A DNA stretch of 64,000 nt from contig JAHIVH010000036.1 in NCBI GenBank assembly GCA_018816735.1, positions 20,667 through 84,666 on the forward strand, read 5' to 3'. Each line of letters starts with the position of its first letter. Position 1 is the first letter of the stretch. Shown one piece after another: positions 29,901 through 39,653 of this stretch. Source of the stretch: Pseudomonadota bacterium (GTDB lineage Bacteria; Desulfobacterota; Desulfobacteria; Desulfobacterales; JAHIVH01). Under the pieces are notes generated by a model, which ran no database searches, had not been told where the DNA came from, and saw only the letters and a program-made list of their open reading frames with translations. The translations under genes were made by a program, and so were the position numbers.

Positions 29901-30169
29901 ATGCGTTAAAAAATAATATTATCAACAATGTGATTTTTGTTCATTTTCATGATGACAATTCACTTAAATAATAGTATTGTCTTTTATAAAGGGACAGGTT
30001 TTAAGAAGGCCGTATAGACGTTTAAATGAGTAACCATTCAGTACACTATTTTGCAACACCCTTTAATTACATATATTATTAGCATAATCGACATATAAAA
30101 GGGATAACTTGCATTCATTTCCTGGCATGTTAACTGTTCAAAATATTTAGAAAACATATTCTTTTTAGG

Positions 30170-30198
30170 TTGACAGTATGAGACAAAAAATGTATGTA
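30170..30198 (+). promoter_or_regulatory. Candidate sigma70 promoter for the PilZ gene.
   Basis: TTGACA-N17-TATGTA in a 450-bp AT-rich intergenic region. It implies a leader of about 150 nt. Confidence 0.35.
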
Positions 30199-30354
30199 CA
30201 AAACGATGTTTTTTCTGGAAAACGATGTAGGTTTATTTGTTTGTAAGCTTTTTCGTCAAGAGCAGCTTGAAAGCTGGTTGTTCCCTCTGTTTTATAGCTA
30301 TCAAGTAGCCCATTTATCCAGGTTTTTTAATCAAGATATAGGAGCCAAACCCGC

Positions 30355-30735
30355 ATGGTTAAACGAAACAGAATTCTTGAAGAAAGAAGAGCTCACAAGC
30401 GTTTCCTCGCCAAAGATGGTACATATGCCATTTTTGGCAAATATTCCAATAAACTTGGCCAGGTGATCGATATAAGCAACGGTGGCCTTGCATTCAGGTA
30501 CAACGATGATGACAACCGCTCGATTGATCTCTTCAACATCGGCATTATGGTTGCCGATGCATCAGACATAGAGGAAGAAATCTCCTTCAAAGCCAAAACA
30601 ATTGCTGACTTCGAAATTTCTCAAGGCACACAATATTTCATGCCCCTCAGGCAAAGCCATGTTCAATTTGTGGAGTTGACTGACGAGCAGAAAGCGTTGC
30701 TAAGCAAGCTGATCATCAATCATACCCGGAAATAG
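30355..30735 (+). CDS. PilZ domain protein.
   Basis: RRAHKR (RxxxR) followed by DISNGG (D/NxSxxG), with canonical spacing. Confidence 0.7.
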   Translation: MVKRNRILEERRAHKRFLAKDGTYAIFGKYSNKLGQVIDISNGGLAFRYNDDDNRSIDLFNIGIMVADASDIEEEISFKAKTIADFEISQGTQYFMPLRQSHVQFVELTDEQKALLSKLIINHTRK

Positions 30736-30872
30736 GCGGTAAAATTACTTCCGGAGAAGTTACCACGCATGTTAATAGTCATTATTAGCAATGGGCTTCT
30801 GTTTTCCTAATTTTAACATCAACAATGAGTGCCGGACCTTGCTTTCAGAATTTCTGAAAAAGGATTGTTCAG

Positions 30873-31580
30873 GTGGACATCGAAAAATCATATGACATTT
30901 TAGGATTATCCCGTGATGCCACCCTTATTGAAATCAAATACGCCTATCGGGCAAAAGTAAAAGAAAACCATCCGGACCTTGTGGGGCCTAATCCTTCATT
31001 GCAAAAAGAAGCAGACGACAGAATGAAGGAAATCAATATTGCATACCGTAAAATTCTGGAATTTAGCACTAAATCTCAGTCAAAACAAGGAACCAAACAA
31101 CGCTCCTATCCGGATGAAACCACACGCCAGAAAGAAACAGAGTACAGCTCCGGTGAATCTTTCAATAAAAAGCCTCACCGCTCATCAGGAAAAAAGCCGT
31201 ATCAGCCGTTTAAAAACAATGCAAATCAAACCATTCGGGCTGAAAAAGGATTTCTTGCCCAATTAATGGCGCTTATTGTCGAAAGCCTGTCCCGGATAGA
31301 TCTTAAACATATGATGCCCGGTCAAAAACCGGGTGAGCCTGTTGCAAATAAAAGAAAGACGGCTTTCACAAGCCCTAAAATGAATTTTGATGATATTTTG
31401 AAGGATATTTTGAAGGAAGGGGTGTATCCGGGAAAAACGACAAAAGGCAGACAGGGAAAAACAAGATATTACCAAAACATGAACCAACAGACCCAGACAA
31501 AAAAATCTCAAAAAGAACAAGGGCCTGTCAGTGGCATCAAACCTGTATCCAGGGTTAAAGGGGTCTATCGGGACAGATGA
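30873..31580 (+). CDS. J-domain protein with a low-complexity K/Q/T-rich C-terminal region.
   Basis: YDILGLSRDATLIEIKYAYRAKVKENHPDL (HPD tripeptide). GTG start. No G/F or zinc-finger region. Confidence 0.8.
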   Translation: MDIEKSYDILGLSRDATLIEIKYAYRAKVKENHPDLVGPNPSLQKEADDRMKEINIAYRKILEFSTKSQSKQGTKQRSYPDETTRQKETEYSSGESFNKKPHRSSGKKPYQPFKNNANQTIRAEKGFLAQLMALIVESLSRIDLKHMMPGQKPGEPVANKRKTAFTSPKMNFDDILKDILKEGVYPGKTTKGRQGKTRYYQNMNQQTQTKKSQKEQGPVSGIKPVSRVKGVYRDR

Positions 31581-31603
31581 CGTCTTGCCGACTCCAGATG
31601 TCG

Positions 31604-31861
31604 TTAGTATACTTTCCCTCTATCAATAAGATACATTGCGCCATCTTTTTCTGTACAAACTTTTTCCGCATACCGCGTGGATAATGAAACATTCTGGTCA
31701 TTTGAAAGGCATTGCCTATCATAAACCAGCCAGCTTACAATGCCAATGACAACAACACCTGATATATTGACAAAAGGTGACACCGGTCCGTCCGCTCCGG
31801 CCAGCATCAACCCCAAAATCCATAATGCAGCCAAAATATAATTTTTAATTGTTTTACCCAT
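31604..31861 (-). CDS. Small two-TM membrane protein.
   Basis: 85 aa with two hydrophobic helices. It lies downstream of, and co-oriented with, the S24 repressor gene. Confidence 0.45.
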   Translation of the reverse strand: MGKTIKNYILAALWILGLMLAGADGPVSPFVNISGVVVIGIVSWLVYDRQCLSNDQNVSLSTRYAEKVCTEKDGAMYLIDRGKVY

Positions 31862-31958
31862 TGGCTATTGCTCCTTTTTTTACAACCTAATATTATTCTG
31901 TATATTTGGTCATATGCAAAGTTAATCTATATAAACATGCACCCAAAAAAAAATCAAA

Positions 31959-32612
31959 TCAACGGTATTCCCTGCATATCCACAGCACTTTCCCAATAAT
32001 CACAACACTTTTTATTTCTTCTCCTTTTAAAAATATGGGAGAATAATTCTTATTATCACTTTGAAGAACGAGGGTATTGGGCAGTTTTTCAACGCGTTTT
32101 ATCAAAATTGTGTCGTCCACTCCAACCGCATAAACTGCGCCTGCAAGAATATCTTTATGCGCCTGATTGACAAGAACCGTATCACCGTCCTTTAATTCAG
32201 GTTCCATACTGTTTCCAACCACATCCATCATGACCATTTTATCTGATGCCCCTTTTGATTTTAGCCAGTCTTTTCTGAAAGAATAGTAACCTTCAATGGT
32301 TGCCTCATTTTCAAAAGACCCGCCACCTGCTGAAAGCCTGGCCGTGACCTTGGGAACCTTTAAAAAATAATCTTCCGTACCCGGAGTGCCTTTCAAGAAT
32401 GTCGGGCCCTGTCCGGTTTCAAGCCATTCGGGGTTCAGACCAAATTTTCTATAAAGGACAACCATCCATTTGTCAGGAATAGCATCCTTTTTTCTGGCCT
32501 GGGTTATTGCAGATCGGTGGATATCAAGTGATGTTGCAAGATCAATCTGGGAGTTTATCCCAGTAGCTTCCTGAACCCTGTTAAGAAAAGATATGAATTT
32601 GGTATCACTCAT
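31959..32612 (-). CDS. CI/LexA-like repressor (XRE-type HTH plus S24 peptidase domain).
   Basis: HTH segment INSQIDLATSLDIHRSAITQARK. S24 catalytic Ser in GNSMEP and Lys in LIKRV. I prefer the ATG at 32612 (MSDTKF). Confidence 0.85.
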   Translation of the reverse strand: MSDTKFISFLNRVQEATGINSQIDLATSLDIHRSAITQARKKDAIPDKWMVVLYRKFGLNPEWLETGQGPTFLKGTPGTEDYFLKVPKVTARLSAGGGSFENEATIEGYYSFRKDWLKSKGASDKMVMMDVVGNSMEPELKDGDTVLVNQAHKDILAGAVYAVGVDDTILIKRVEKLPNTLVLQSDNKNYSPIFLKGEEIKSVVIIGKVLWICREYR

Positions 32613-32881
32613 AAAATATCCTGATTTTATAATATTGTTTGCATTGGTGATATTTATAAACATATTTTTAATTTTTTACAACATCTTTTTTCTAAAAAAT
32701 TATCTATCTGGTATTATTTGCGATAATGCTCTTAAATATTTTCTGAATTGCAACCCTGATCATCACAACATGCATTGATTATTACTTGACAGAAACGCTA
32801 TATATAGTGGATATATATACACATAAAAAATCGGATTCATTTGCCTGCACCCATACAGCATATAAATATCCCCGGAGGACT

Positions 32882-33655
32882 ATGCCAGCATACGCATCCA
32901 CATTAGAACTGCAAAGGGCGTTTCAAATTCTTTTCAGCACAGACAGGCAGCACATAACCGATGTTGCCATCCGCCTGGATCTGCCAAAGCTTAACAAGGC
33001 ATATCGAAAAAAAGCCTTTGAAACCCATCCTGACCGATCAAAAGCACTTGGTATAAACGAAGCGGACATGACGAAACGGTTCAACGAAGTCTCCTCCGCA
33101 TACGAATTGCTGAAACCGATGGCACAGGACGGTGTCACCTTTTTAAATAAGAAGAAAACAGCGCCTAAAACGAAAAAACCGTTTTCTACAACGCCTGACA
33201 CTGCACAGCCTAATCCTAAAAACACAGTCAAGGCCAAGCGTGGCCGGCAAAATATGAGAAGTCACTATTATCAGGGAGCTACTCCTGGGTTTGAAATGAA
33301 ATTCAATCAGTTTCTTTACTATACAGGTATGATTTCCTGGAAAACCTATATTGACGCCATTATATGGGAAAACAAACAATGTCCGCGCTTTGGCCGGATT
33401 GCCCGGGACTGGAATTTCCTCTCGACCAATGATGTCATTGAAATTTTAAGGAACAAAAACTATGGTGAAAAATTCGGGGAGTTTGCTCAACGAAGGGGTT
33501 ATTTAACCCTGTTTCAACAAATGGCAATTGTCGGCAAACAACGAATTTTGAAACCGCCTCCCGGACAGTACTTTTTGGAACACGGATTCTTCTCAACCGG
33601 TCAACTCGATCAGATGATCGAAAAAATTCGGGTACACAACCAAAAATTCCGTTAG
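32882..33655 (+). CDS. J-domain protein with an uncharacterised C-terminal domain.
   Basis: LNKAYRKKAFETHPDR (HPD). GGAGG RBS 5 nt before the ATG at 32882. The ORF track starts at TTG 32786, which I read instead as a TTGACA -35-like hexamer. Confidence 0.75.
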   Translation: MPAYASTLELQRAFQILFSTDRQHITDVAIRLDLPKLNKAYRKKAFETHPDRSKALGINEADMTKRFNEVSSAYELLKPMAQDGVTFLNKKKTAPKTKKPFSTTPDTAQPNPKNTVKAKRGRQNMRSHYYQGATPGFEMKFNQFLYYTGMISWKTYIDAIIWENKQCPRFGRIARDWNFLSTNDVIEILRNKNYGEKFGEFAQRRGYLTLFQQMAIVGKQRILKPPPGQYFLEHGFFSTGQLDQMIEKIRVHNQKFR

Positions 33656-33689
33656 AACCTAAATGAACCTTTAAACGTCAGTAAAAATT

Positions 33690-33977
33690 ATGGTTATTGG
33701 AACAGGAATCATTACTTTCAGGCTTCATGATTGCCACTCATTAAAAGAAAAAAGAAAAATCATCAAATCCATTATCAGCCGCTTAAGAAACACTTTCAAT
33801 GCATCCATAGCCGAGGTGGGCGCAAACGATATGTTTCAGCGGGCGGAAGTGGGGCTTGCCATGGTGGGCAATGACAGCAGAATCATCAATTCCAAGATAG
33901 ACAAGCTGATCAATATGGCAGAAGACATGGGCATTGCCGAAATTATTGATACGGAATTTGAAATTATCAGCATGTGA
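33690..33977 (+). CDS. DUF503 (YlxP-like) protein.
   Basis: 95 aa. The family-typical start is GTGIITFRLHDCHSLKEKRKIIKSIISRL. Confidence 0.75.
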   Translation: MVIGTGIITFRLHDCHSLKEKRKIIKSIISRLRNTFNASIAEVGANDMFQRAEVGLAMVGNDSRIINSKIDKLINMAEDMGIAEIIDTEFEIISM

Positions 33978-34001
33978 GAAAAGAAATGAAGAGGTTTCTT
34001 C

Positions 34002-34934
34002 ATGGCATCATTTATACCATCCTATATTCAATGCCGGAAAAACGGACAGCTTCACCAAAAAATTCGTACAGCCTCAGAAAAACTTGAAAAATGCGACCTG
34101 TGCCCCAGAAAATGCGGTGTCAACAGGCGCTCAGGTGAAACCGGCGTTTGCAAAACCGGTGAATTTGCTTTTGTCTCAAGCTATAATGCTCACTTTGGCG
34201 AAGAAAGCCCGCTTGTTGGCACACATGGCTCGGGAACGATCTTTTTTACCTGGTGCAGCCTTCTCTGCAACTTCTGCCAGAACTATGAGATCAGCCATAA
34301 GGGCCATGGTACGGAAGTTTCCCATGAAACGCTTGCAGATATCATGCTGCATCTTCAGAAAACAGGGTGCCATAATATCAATCTGGTAACCCCGTCCCAT
34401 GTTGTTCCCCAGATACTCGCCGCACTCGACATCGCTGTCCCAAAAGGTCTTCGTGTCCCCCTGGTATATAACTCAAGCGGATATGACTGTCTGGAAACGA
34501 TCCGATTACTTGAAGGGGTGATTGACATTTATATGCCGGATTTTAAATTCTGGGATCCGGAAGTGGCAGATATGACCTGTCATGCCAAGGACTATCCCCG
34601 GGCTGCTCGCCTTGCCATCAAAGAAATGCATAGGCAGGTTGGCAACCTTGTATCAAATGCGGACAATATTGCCGAAAAAGGCCTTTTGATCAGGCATCTT
34701 GTTCTTCCCGGAGGACTTGCCGGCACAAAAGACATAATGAACTTTATTGCAGAGGAAATTTCAACAGATACATACGTAAATATCATGCCCCAATACAGGC
34801 CTTGCGGTATGGCACACACGATTGAAGGCCTTTCGGACTACCTGCCTGAAGAAGAATTTGTCGAAGCTTTGAAAATAGCTCAAAGAAGAGGCCTGAAACG
34901 CCTGGATAAGCCGCTTGGGTTGTTCCGAACCTGA
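34002..34934 (+). CDS. Radical SAM protein (PflX-like activating-enzyme family).
   Basis: CSLLCNFC = the CxxxCxxC cluster motif. An N-terminal extra Cys pair (CDLCPRKCGVNR) is typical of COG1313-like proteins. Confidence 0.85.
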   Translation: MASFIPSYIQCRKNGQLHQKIRTASEKLEKCDLCPRKCGVNRRSGETGVCKTGEFAFVSSYNAHFGEESPLVGTHGSGTIFFTWCSLLCNFCQNYEISHKGHGTEVSHETLADIMLHLQKTGCHNINLVTPSHVVPQILAALDIAVPKGLRVPLVYNSSGYDCLETIRLLEGVIDIYMPDFKFWDPEVADMTCHAKDYPRAARLAIKEMHRQVGNLVSNADNIAEKGLLIRHLVLPGGLAGTKDIMNFIAEEISTDTYVNIMPQYRPCGMAHTIEGLSDYLPEEEFVEALKIAQRRGLKRLDKPLGLFRT

Positions 34935-34943
34935 GATCTGCTG

Positions 34944-34987
34944 AAAAAAAAATTTGAAGCACCCATTTTGGGATACTTCAAATTTTT
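34944..34987. terminator. Bidirectional intrinsic terminator.
   Basis: A9 tract, hairpin tttgaag..ccca-ttt-tggg..cttcaaa, then a T5 tract. It lies between convergent genes. Confidence 0.55.
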
Positions 34988-35056
34988 AAGGAGTAAAGGC
35001 CCGACCAACCGGTGAAGCCTAAGGAGAAAAATGCATCATGATGCACGGCAGCCGAT

Positions 35057-35947
35057 TTATTGGATAGACAATTTAATTTTTTTATTCTTTCTGAAAAATC
35101 CCAGATTTTCGTTGAAAAAACACTTTCTGCCGAACCGTAGCAGCATCATAACGGTCAAAGGTACCCAGCAGGTTAATTTGGAAAAAATCGCCATGAAAAT
35201 AAAGGCATCCCCTCTTTCAAAAAAACTGATTTCCGGAGGAACCATTTTACGTATGGGTTTAGGGAAATCGTTCATTTCAAAAGATCCCAGAGAACCGGGA
35301 AACATATTCTTAAAGAAAAAAGGATAATCCCTGTTAACCAGGGTCGCTTTTTTCCTGAAAAGAAGCTTGTCATGAATCATCATGAGGCTTTCCGAGGGCT
35401 TGAACGAATTCTGCATGATTTTAAAAAGCGTTTTGTATTTGTAAAAACCGATCATCACACGCGGATTTGGTGTGATACTTAAAAAAACGAATTTGGCTTT
35501 TTTCTTTTTACTGAATATCGTGAATATCGATCGGGCGGAAAGAACGCACAAGGTCAAACCGAGCCGGTTTCCTCTGTATTCCTTTAATACCATGGTCTCA
35601 TCCAGGCCAAAGACAACGTATCTGTCTATCACCCAATGAGAAAGCAATTGAAAACCCACAACTTTTCCGTCCTTGACGATGTAGGTAATCATGTCACGCT
35701 CATTAAAGTAGCTATAAAAATTTTCCTGTGCGGTCCAGCAGGCGTTTTCAACCTTCTCACACGCACCAACAATCTTTTTTAATCTTGAAATATCCGTATT
35801 CTTGATGTCAACAGTATAAAATTTAAACCCCTGTCTATTTTTAATGGTAAAAAATCCATCATACTCAATATCATATTGTTCTTTTTCGCCTTCCGGTGCA
35901 GGATACTCGAGTTCAAAGTGTGAAGAAGCGGCTGCCATCTGATCCAT
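35057..35947 (-). CDS. Hypothetical protein, possibly a GNAT-fold acyltransferase.
   Basis: DETMVLKEYRGNRLGLTL resembles GNAT motif A (R-x-x-G-x-G/A). A strong AAGGAG RBS precedes the ATG at 35947; the TTG at 35995 used by the ORF track is less likely. Confidence 0.45.
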   Translation of the reverse strand: MDQMAAASSHFELEYPAPEGEKEQYDIEYDGFFTIKNRQGFKFYTVDIKNTDISRLKKIVGACEKVENACWTAQENFYSYFNERDMITYIVKDGKVVGFQLLSHWVIDRYVVFGLDETMVLKEYRGNRLGLTLCVLSARSIFTIFSKKKKAKFVFLSITPNPRVMIGFYKYKTLFKIMQNSFKPSESLMMIHDKLLFRKKATLVNRDYPFFFKNMFPGSLGSFEMNDFPKPIRKMVPPEISFFERGDAFIFMAIFSKLTCWVPLTVMMLLRFGRKCFFNENLGFFRKNKKIKLSIQ

Positions 35948-36440
35948 ACCTTCTCTCCTTGTTTCTGGCAGGGAATCATTAAAAAATTTCTGCAAAATAT
36001 CCCAGCCTCAAGTTGATAAATACCTAAAATACCCACCATCTGAAACCACAAAACTGGATGCAACAAGCATAACTGCCTGTTTCCATGCCTTTTTTATTTA
36101 AATACCATAGTTATCTACAAAAAACAACGTTTGTCTTAATGATTTTATTCATACCCGATTCCGATGTATTCCAGTGTGGCATATTTTTGTCAAACCAAAC
36201 TGCGCTTCTTAATAAAACATCAATCGGAAACATTTCAATTCTTCAGAATCATTATATATATATGGATCACACTGGCCTTGACACAATAATATTCATTGTC
36301 TATAGACTACTTACGATTTGAATGGTTGCTTGATTTCTTTCATGTATTATGACGGCTACGTAACATTGCAACTTTTTTTATACAACATTAATTTCATAAA
36401 CAACACATAAACGAACATTCATTGACGAGAGGACCAAGCC

Positions 36441-36740
36441 ATGACAATGACCATCGGAAGATCAATGAGGCTCAGGCCGGTAAAAGTAATGATCAAAACA
36501 AAAGACGGCCATGCAATTACCGGTCAGATCAATTTGGGAACAAAAGACAGGCTTTCGGATATGTTTATCCAGTCCGGAGACAAATTTATTATTATTTTAA
36601 AAGCCACATTTGATTCTGAAGAAACCAAGGAAGTCATGATTCTCAATATGGACTATATCGCATGGGTGGAGCCGGTTGCAGAAGACAGGGAATTCAATGA
36701 GCACTTGTACCAGAAAGGCGCCCAAAAGCTCTCATACTAA
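36441..36740 (+). CDS. Hypothetical 99-aa protein.
   Basis: GAGAGGA RBS and coding-like composition. I recognise no motif. Confidence 0.4.
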   Translation: MTMTIGRSMRLRPVKVMIKTKDGHAITGQINLGTKDRLSDMFIQSGDKFIIILKATFDSEETKEVMILNMDYIAWVEPVAEDREFNEHLYQKGAQKLSY

Positions 36741-36815
36741 GGATCATCTGCCTGATGGCAATTGTGACGCTGTCATTCATTTCATGGAAAAACCATTTTG
36801 TAAGGAAAATCAGCC

Positions 36816-37757
36816 ATGCCCTATAACATCTCATTTCATCCCGGAGTCAAGAAGGCCGTCAAACATCTGCAGGCATGCGTTTATTTTTCCGCTTTATTAA
36901 CGATATTTTTGCTATTTGCTGTCAAGCCATCAGAAGGACAGCCATTGCCCGTCCGCGTATATGTGAGCATTCCGCCACAAGCCTATTTTGTTGAACAGAT
37001 CGGTGGGGATCACGTTATGGTGGACGTCCTTCTTATACCGGGAAAAAATCATGACACATTTTCCCCGTCTCCGGAACAGATTGTCACGCTTTCAAAAGCA
37101 GATATCTTTTTTAAAATAGGCCTGCCGTTTGAAACAACTTTGCTCAAAAAATTCGATACCGGCTCTTATAAATTGAACGTCATCAACACCATCGAAGGTA
37201 TAAGTCTTCGTAAAATCGAAGGGATTTATCCCCATGATCATGAAAATAACCACAGCCATGATCATGAATCCGGCTATGACCCTCACACCTGGCTGAACCC
37301 CCTTCTGGTCATAAAACAGTCAGAAATCATCCTTAACGCACTCATTTCCCGCAATCCGGCTAACAGCGCATTTTATACAGCCAATTTTGAAAGATTCAGA
37401 GATGAACTCAACCGCCTGGATGCAAAAATCAAAACCATTCTGGAGCCGGTCAAAGGCAATATTGTCTTTGCTTTTCATCCTGCATTCGGCTATTTCACAG
37501 ATGCGTATGGTTTAAAACAGATGGCTGTGGAAATTGAAGGGAAAGCGCCAAAGGCAAAAGAGCTTTCGAACTTTATAAAACTGGCCAGGGAAAATCGCGT
37601 GCGTGCTATTTTCATTCAAAACGAATTCAATCAGAGTGCTGCCAAAAAAATCGCATCTGCGATCGATGGCAAGATTATTGTACTCAATCCGCTTGAAAAA
37701 AATTATAAGGCCAATCTGTTATCCATCTCGGAAAAAATTGCCGATGCTTTAAAATAA
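36816..37757 (+). CDS. znuA: Zinc ABC transporter substrate-binding protein.
   Basis: Signal peptide and cluster-9 SBP fold blocks. Characteristic His-rich loop HDHENNHSHDHESGYDPH. Confidence 0.88.
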   Translation: MPYNISFHPGVKKAVKHLQACVYFSALLTIFLLFAVKPSEGQPLPVRVYVSIPPQAYFVEQIGGDHVMVDVLLIPGKNHDTFSPSPEQIVTLSKADIFFKIGLPFETTLLKKFDTGSYKLNVINTIEGISLRKIEGIYPHDHENNHSHDHESGYDPHTWLNPLLVIKQSEIILNALISRNPANSAFYTANFERFRDELNRLDAKIKTILEPVKGNIVFAFHPAFGYFTDAYGLKQMAVEIEGKAPKAKELSNFIKLARENRVRAIFIQNEFNQSAAKKIASAIDGKIIVLNPLEKNYKANLLSISEKIADALK

Positions 37758-37831
37758 TAAAAGAATGGTTATATTGTCCCGTGTCCTTAAGAATTAATGG
37801 ATGTTATACAAAACCGAATTCAGGGTAAAAC

Positions 37832-38590
37832 ATGAAAGATGAGATTGTCATTGACATCAAGAACGTTTCTTTTGGATATGGCAGAGAACCGGTTCTTGAA
37901 AATGTGAATATTTCAGTCCGGCAAAATGACTTTGCAAGTATCGTGGGGCCCAACGGAAGCGGGAAAACCACACTTTTAAAGCTGCTCCTGGGTCTTTTGC
38001 CCCCGGATAAGGGAAGCATCACCATACTGGGCAAAACACCTGAAAAGGCAAGGCTTGATATCGGCTATATGCCCCAGTACGCCCACCTTGACATGAAATA
38101 TCCTGTCACTGTAATGGATGTGGTGCTTATGGGCCGTCTTCATCATAATCTGGGATTCCGATTTTCCAGAAAAGACAGGGAAATCGCATATGGGGCCCTC
38201 GAAGAAGTCAAACTCAAGGATATTTCCAGCCGAGTCTTTAGCGAACTCTCCGGCGGTCAGAGACAGCGGGTACTCATTGCAAGGGCACTTTGCTGCAAGC
38301 CGGCCATTCTGTTTCTGGACGAACCCACGTCAAACATGGATCCGGAAGTCGAAGAAGCGCTGTTCACCATCCTTCAGGATCTAAATAAACGCATGACCAT
38401 CCTTCTTGTGTCTCATGACCTGGGATTTGTATCAAAAGTTGTAAAAAGTGTGATCTGCGTCAACCGGAAAGTCGTTGTACACCCGACCAGCGAAATCAAC
38501 GGCACCATGATCAATGAAATTTATGGTGGCGATTTGAGAATGGTCCGCCACGACCATATCTGCAGTGAGGGAGGCCACATCAATGACTGA
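37832..38590 (+). CDS. znuC: Zinc ABC transporter ATP-binding protein.
   Basis: Walker A GPNGSGKTT, signature LSGGQRQR, Walker B LFLDEP. Confidence 0.9.
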   Translation: MKDEIVIDIKNVSFGYGREPVLENVNISVRQNDFASIVGPNGSGKTTLLKLLLGLLPPDKGSITILGKTPEKARLDIGYMPQYAHLDMKYPVTVMDVVLMGRLHHNLGFRFSRKDREIAYGALEEVKLKDISSRVFSELSGGQRQRVLIARALCCKPAILFLDEPTSNMDPEVEEALFTILQDLNKRMTILLVSHDLGFVSKVVKSVICVNRKVVVHPTSEINGTMINEIYGGDLRMVRHDHICSEGGHIND

Positions 38591-39431
38591 TTTTCTTTCG
38601 GCAGTCATGGATCCGGATAACGGATTCCTGCGCCTGGCTCTCTATGTGGCAACACTTTCAAGCATCTCATTCGGTATCATCGGCACATATGTCATCACCA
38701 GACGAATCAGTTATCTGGCAGGTTCCATATCCCACTGTGTGTTTGGCGGCATCGGTGCCGGGCTCTTTTTAAAAAACAGAATCGGTATTTCCTGGTTTGA
38801 TCCCATGTATGGGGCCATTATTGCAGCCCTTTTATCTGCTGTGATCATCGGCGTGGTAAGCCTCAAGATGAAACAACGGGAAGATACAGTCATAGGTGCC
38901 CTGTGGGCTGTAGGCATGGCCGCCGGCCTTTTATTTATCGACATGACACCCGGATATTTCGACATGACGAGCTATCTGTTTGGTGACATTCTTCTGCTTT
39001 CAAAAAACGATCTTTTTCTGGTGATCGGCCTTGATATCATTGTTGCCGGTTTTGCGATCTATTATTACAACATCCTTCTTGCTGTCTGCTTTGATGATGA
39101 GTTCGCCTATCTGAGGGGTATCCATGCAGGCGCATTTTATATTCTTCTCTTATGTCTCACGGCACTGACGGTTGTTCTCCTGGTCCGTATCGTAGGAATC
39201 ATTATGGTCATCGCGCTGCTTACGATACCGGCTGCTGTAGCCGGCCAGTTTTCAAGGCGTTTATGGCAGATGATGATACTTTCCACCTTTTTATGTATCT
39301 TTTTTTCATGGACAGGTTTGATCATCAGCTATTCCAATAATCTGTCGAGCGGCCCCACCATCATTATGGTTGCAGCAGCTGTGTATTTTATGGTTCTCCT
39401 TGGCGCCAGATTTTTCAAACGCGCATCATAA
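38583..39431 (+). CDS. znuB: Zinc ABC transporter permease.
   Basis: Multi-TM ABC-3 family permease. The ATG at 38583 overlaps the znuC stop by 8 nt, which suggests translational coupling. Confidence 0.9.
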   Translation: MTDFLSAVMDPDNGFLRLALYVATLSSISFGIIGTYVITRRISYLAGSISHCVFGGIGAGLFLKNRIGISWFDPMYGAIIAALLSAVIIGVVSLKMKQREDTVIGALWAVGMAAGLLFIDMTPGYFDMTSYLFGDILLLSKNDLFLVIGLDIIVAGFAIYYYNILLAVCFDDEFAYLRGIHAGAFYILLLCLTALTVVLLVRIVGIIMVIALLTIPAAVAGQFSRRLWQMMILSTFLCIFFSWTGLIISYSNNLSSGPTIIMVAAAVYFMVLLGARFFKRAS

Positions 39432-39653
39432 TTAAAACCATACACATCAAAAAAGGGTACAGTCAGGACACAATTCATATTTCCAGGTGTTTTCCTCTTT
39501 AAATATCAATATTTTCTATACAAAAGTTTCTCGCCATAAAAATTACCAATTGGACTTTGCGTGCACAGGCATGCCATAGATATTTCCCGAAAATTCAATT
39601 CATGTGCCTGTCTGTTTCAATTGCGGCAAACTATAATTTGTAAGGAGAAAAAG

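Noticed and set aside
30122-30137. TGGCATGTTAACTGTT, which looks like a sigma54 -24 element.
   Set aside because: No GC dinucleotide follows the GG at the required 10-nt spacing. The -12 position reads GT.
35032-35045. A 14-bp perfect palindrome, TGCATCATGATGCA, just downstream of the GNAT-like gene stop.
   Set aside because: It has no loop, so it is not a terminator hairpin. It is a single copy with no adjacent promoter. I cannot distinguish it from chance.
36362-36419. Three AACATT hexamers upstream of the 99-aa ORF and znuA, considered as a Zur-type operator.
   Set aside because: The spacing is irregular (22 and 30 bp) and there is no dyad symmetry. I do not know a Zur consensus that it matches.
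39550-39566. TTGGACTTTGCGTGCA upstream of pstS, and TTGGATATTTACGGCA at 56133-56148, as possible sigma54 promoters.
   Set aside because: Both have GG-N9-GC spacing instead of N10 and poor -24 hexamers. Neither has the TTTACA-N3-TGTAAA motif upstream.
39632-39637. A perfect TATAAT hexamer upstream of pstS.
   Set aside because: A start about 7 nt downstream would fall inside the AAGGAG RBS of pstS. There is no acceptable -35 at 16-18 bp. It is probably chance in AT-rich DNA.
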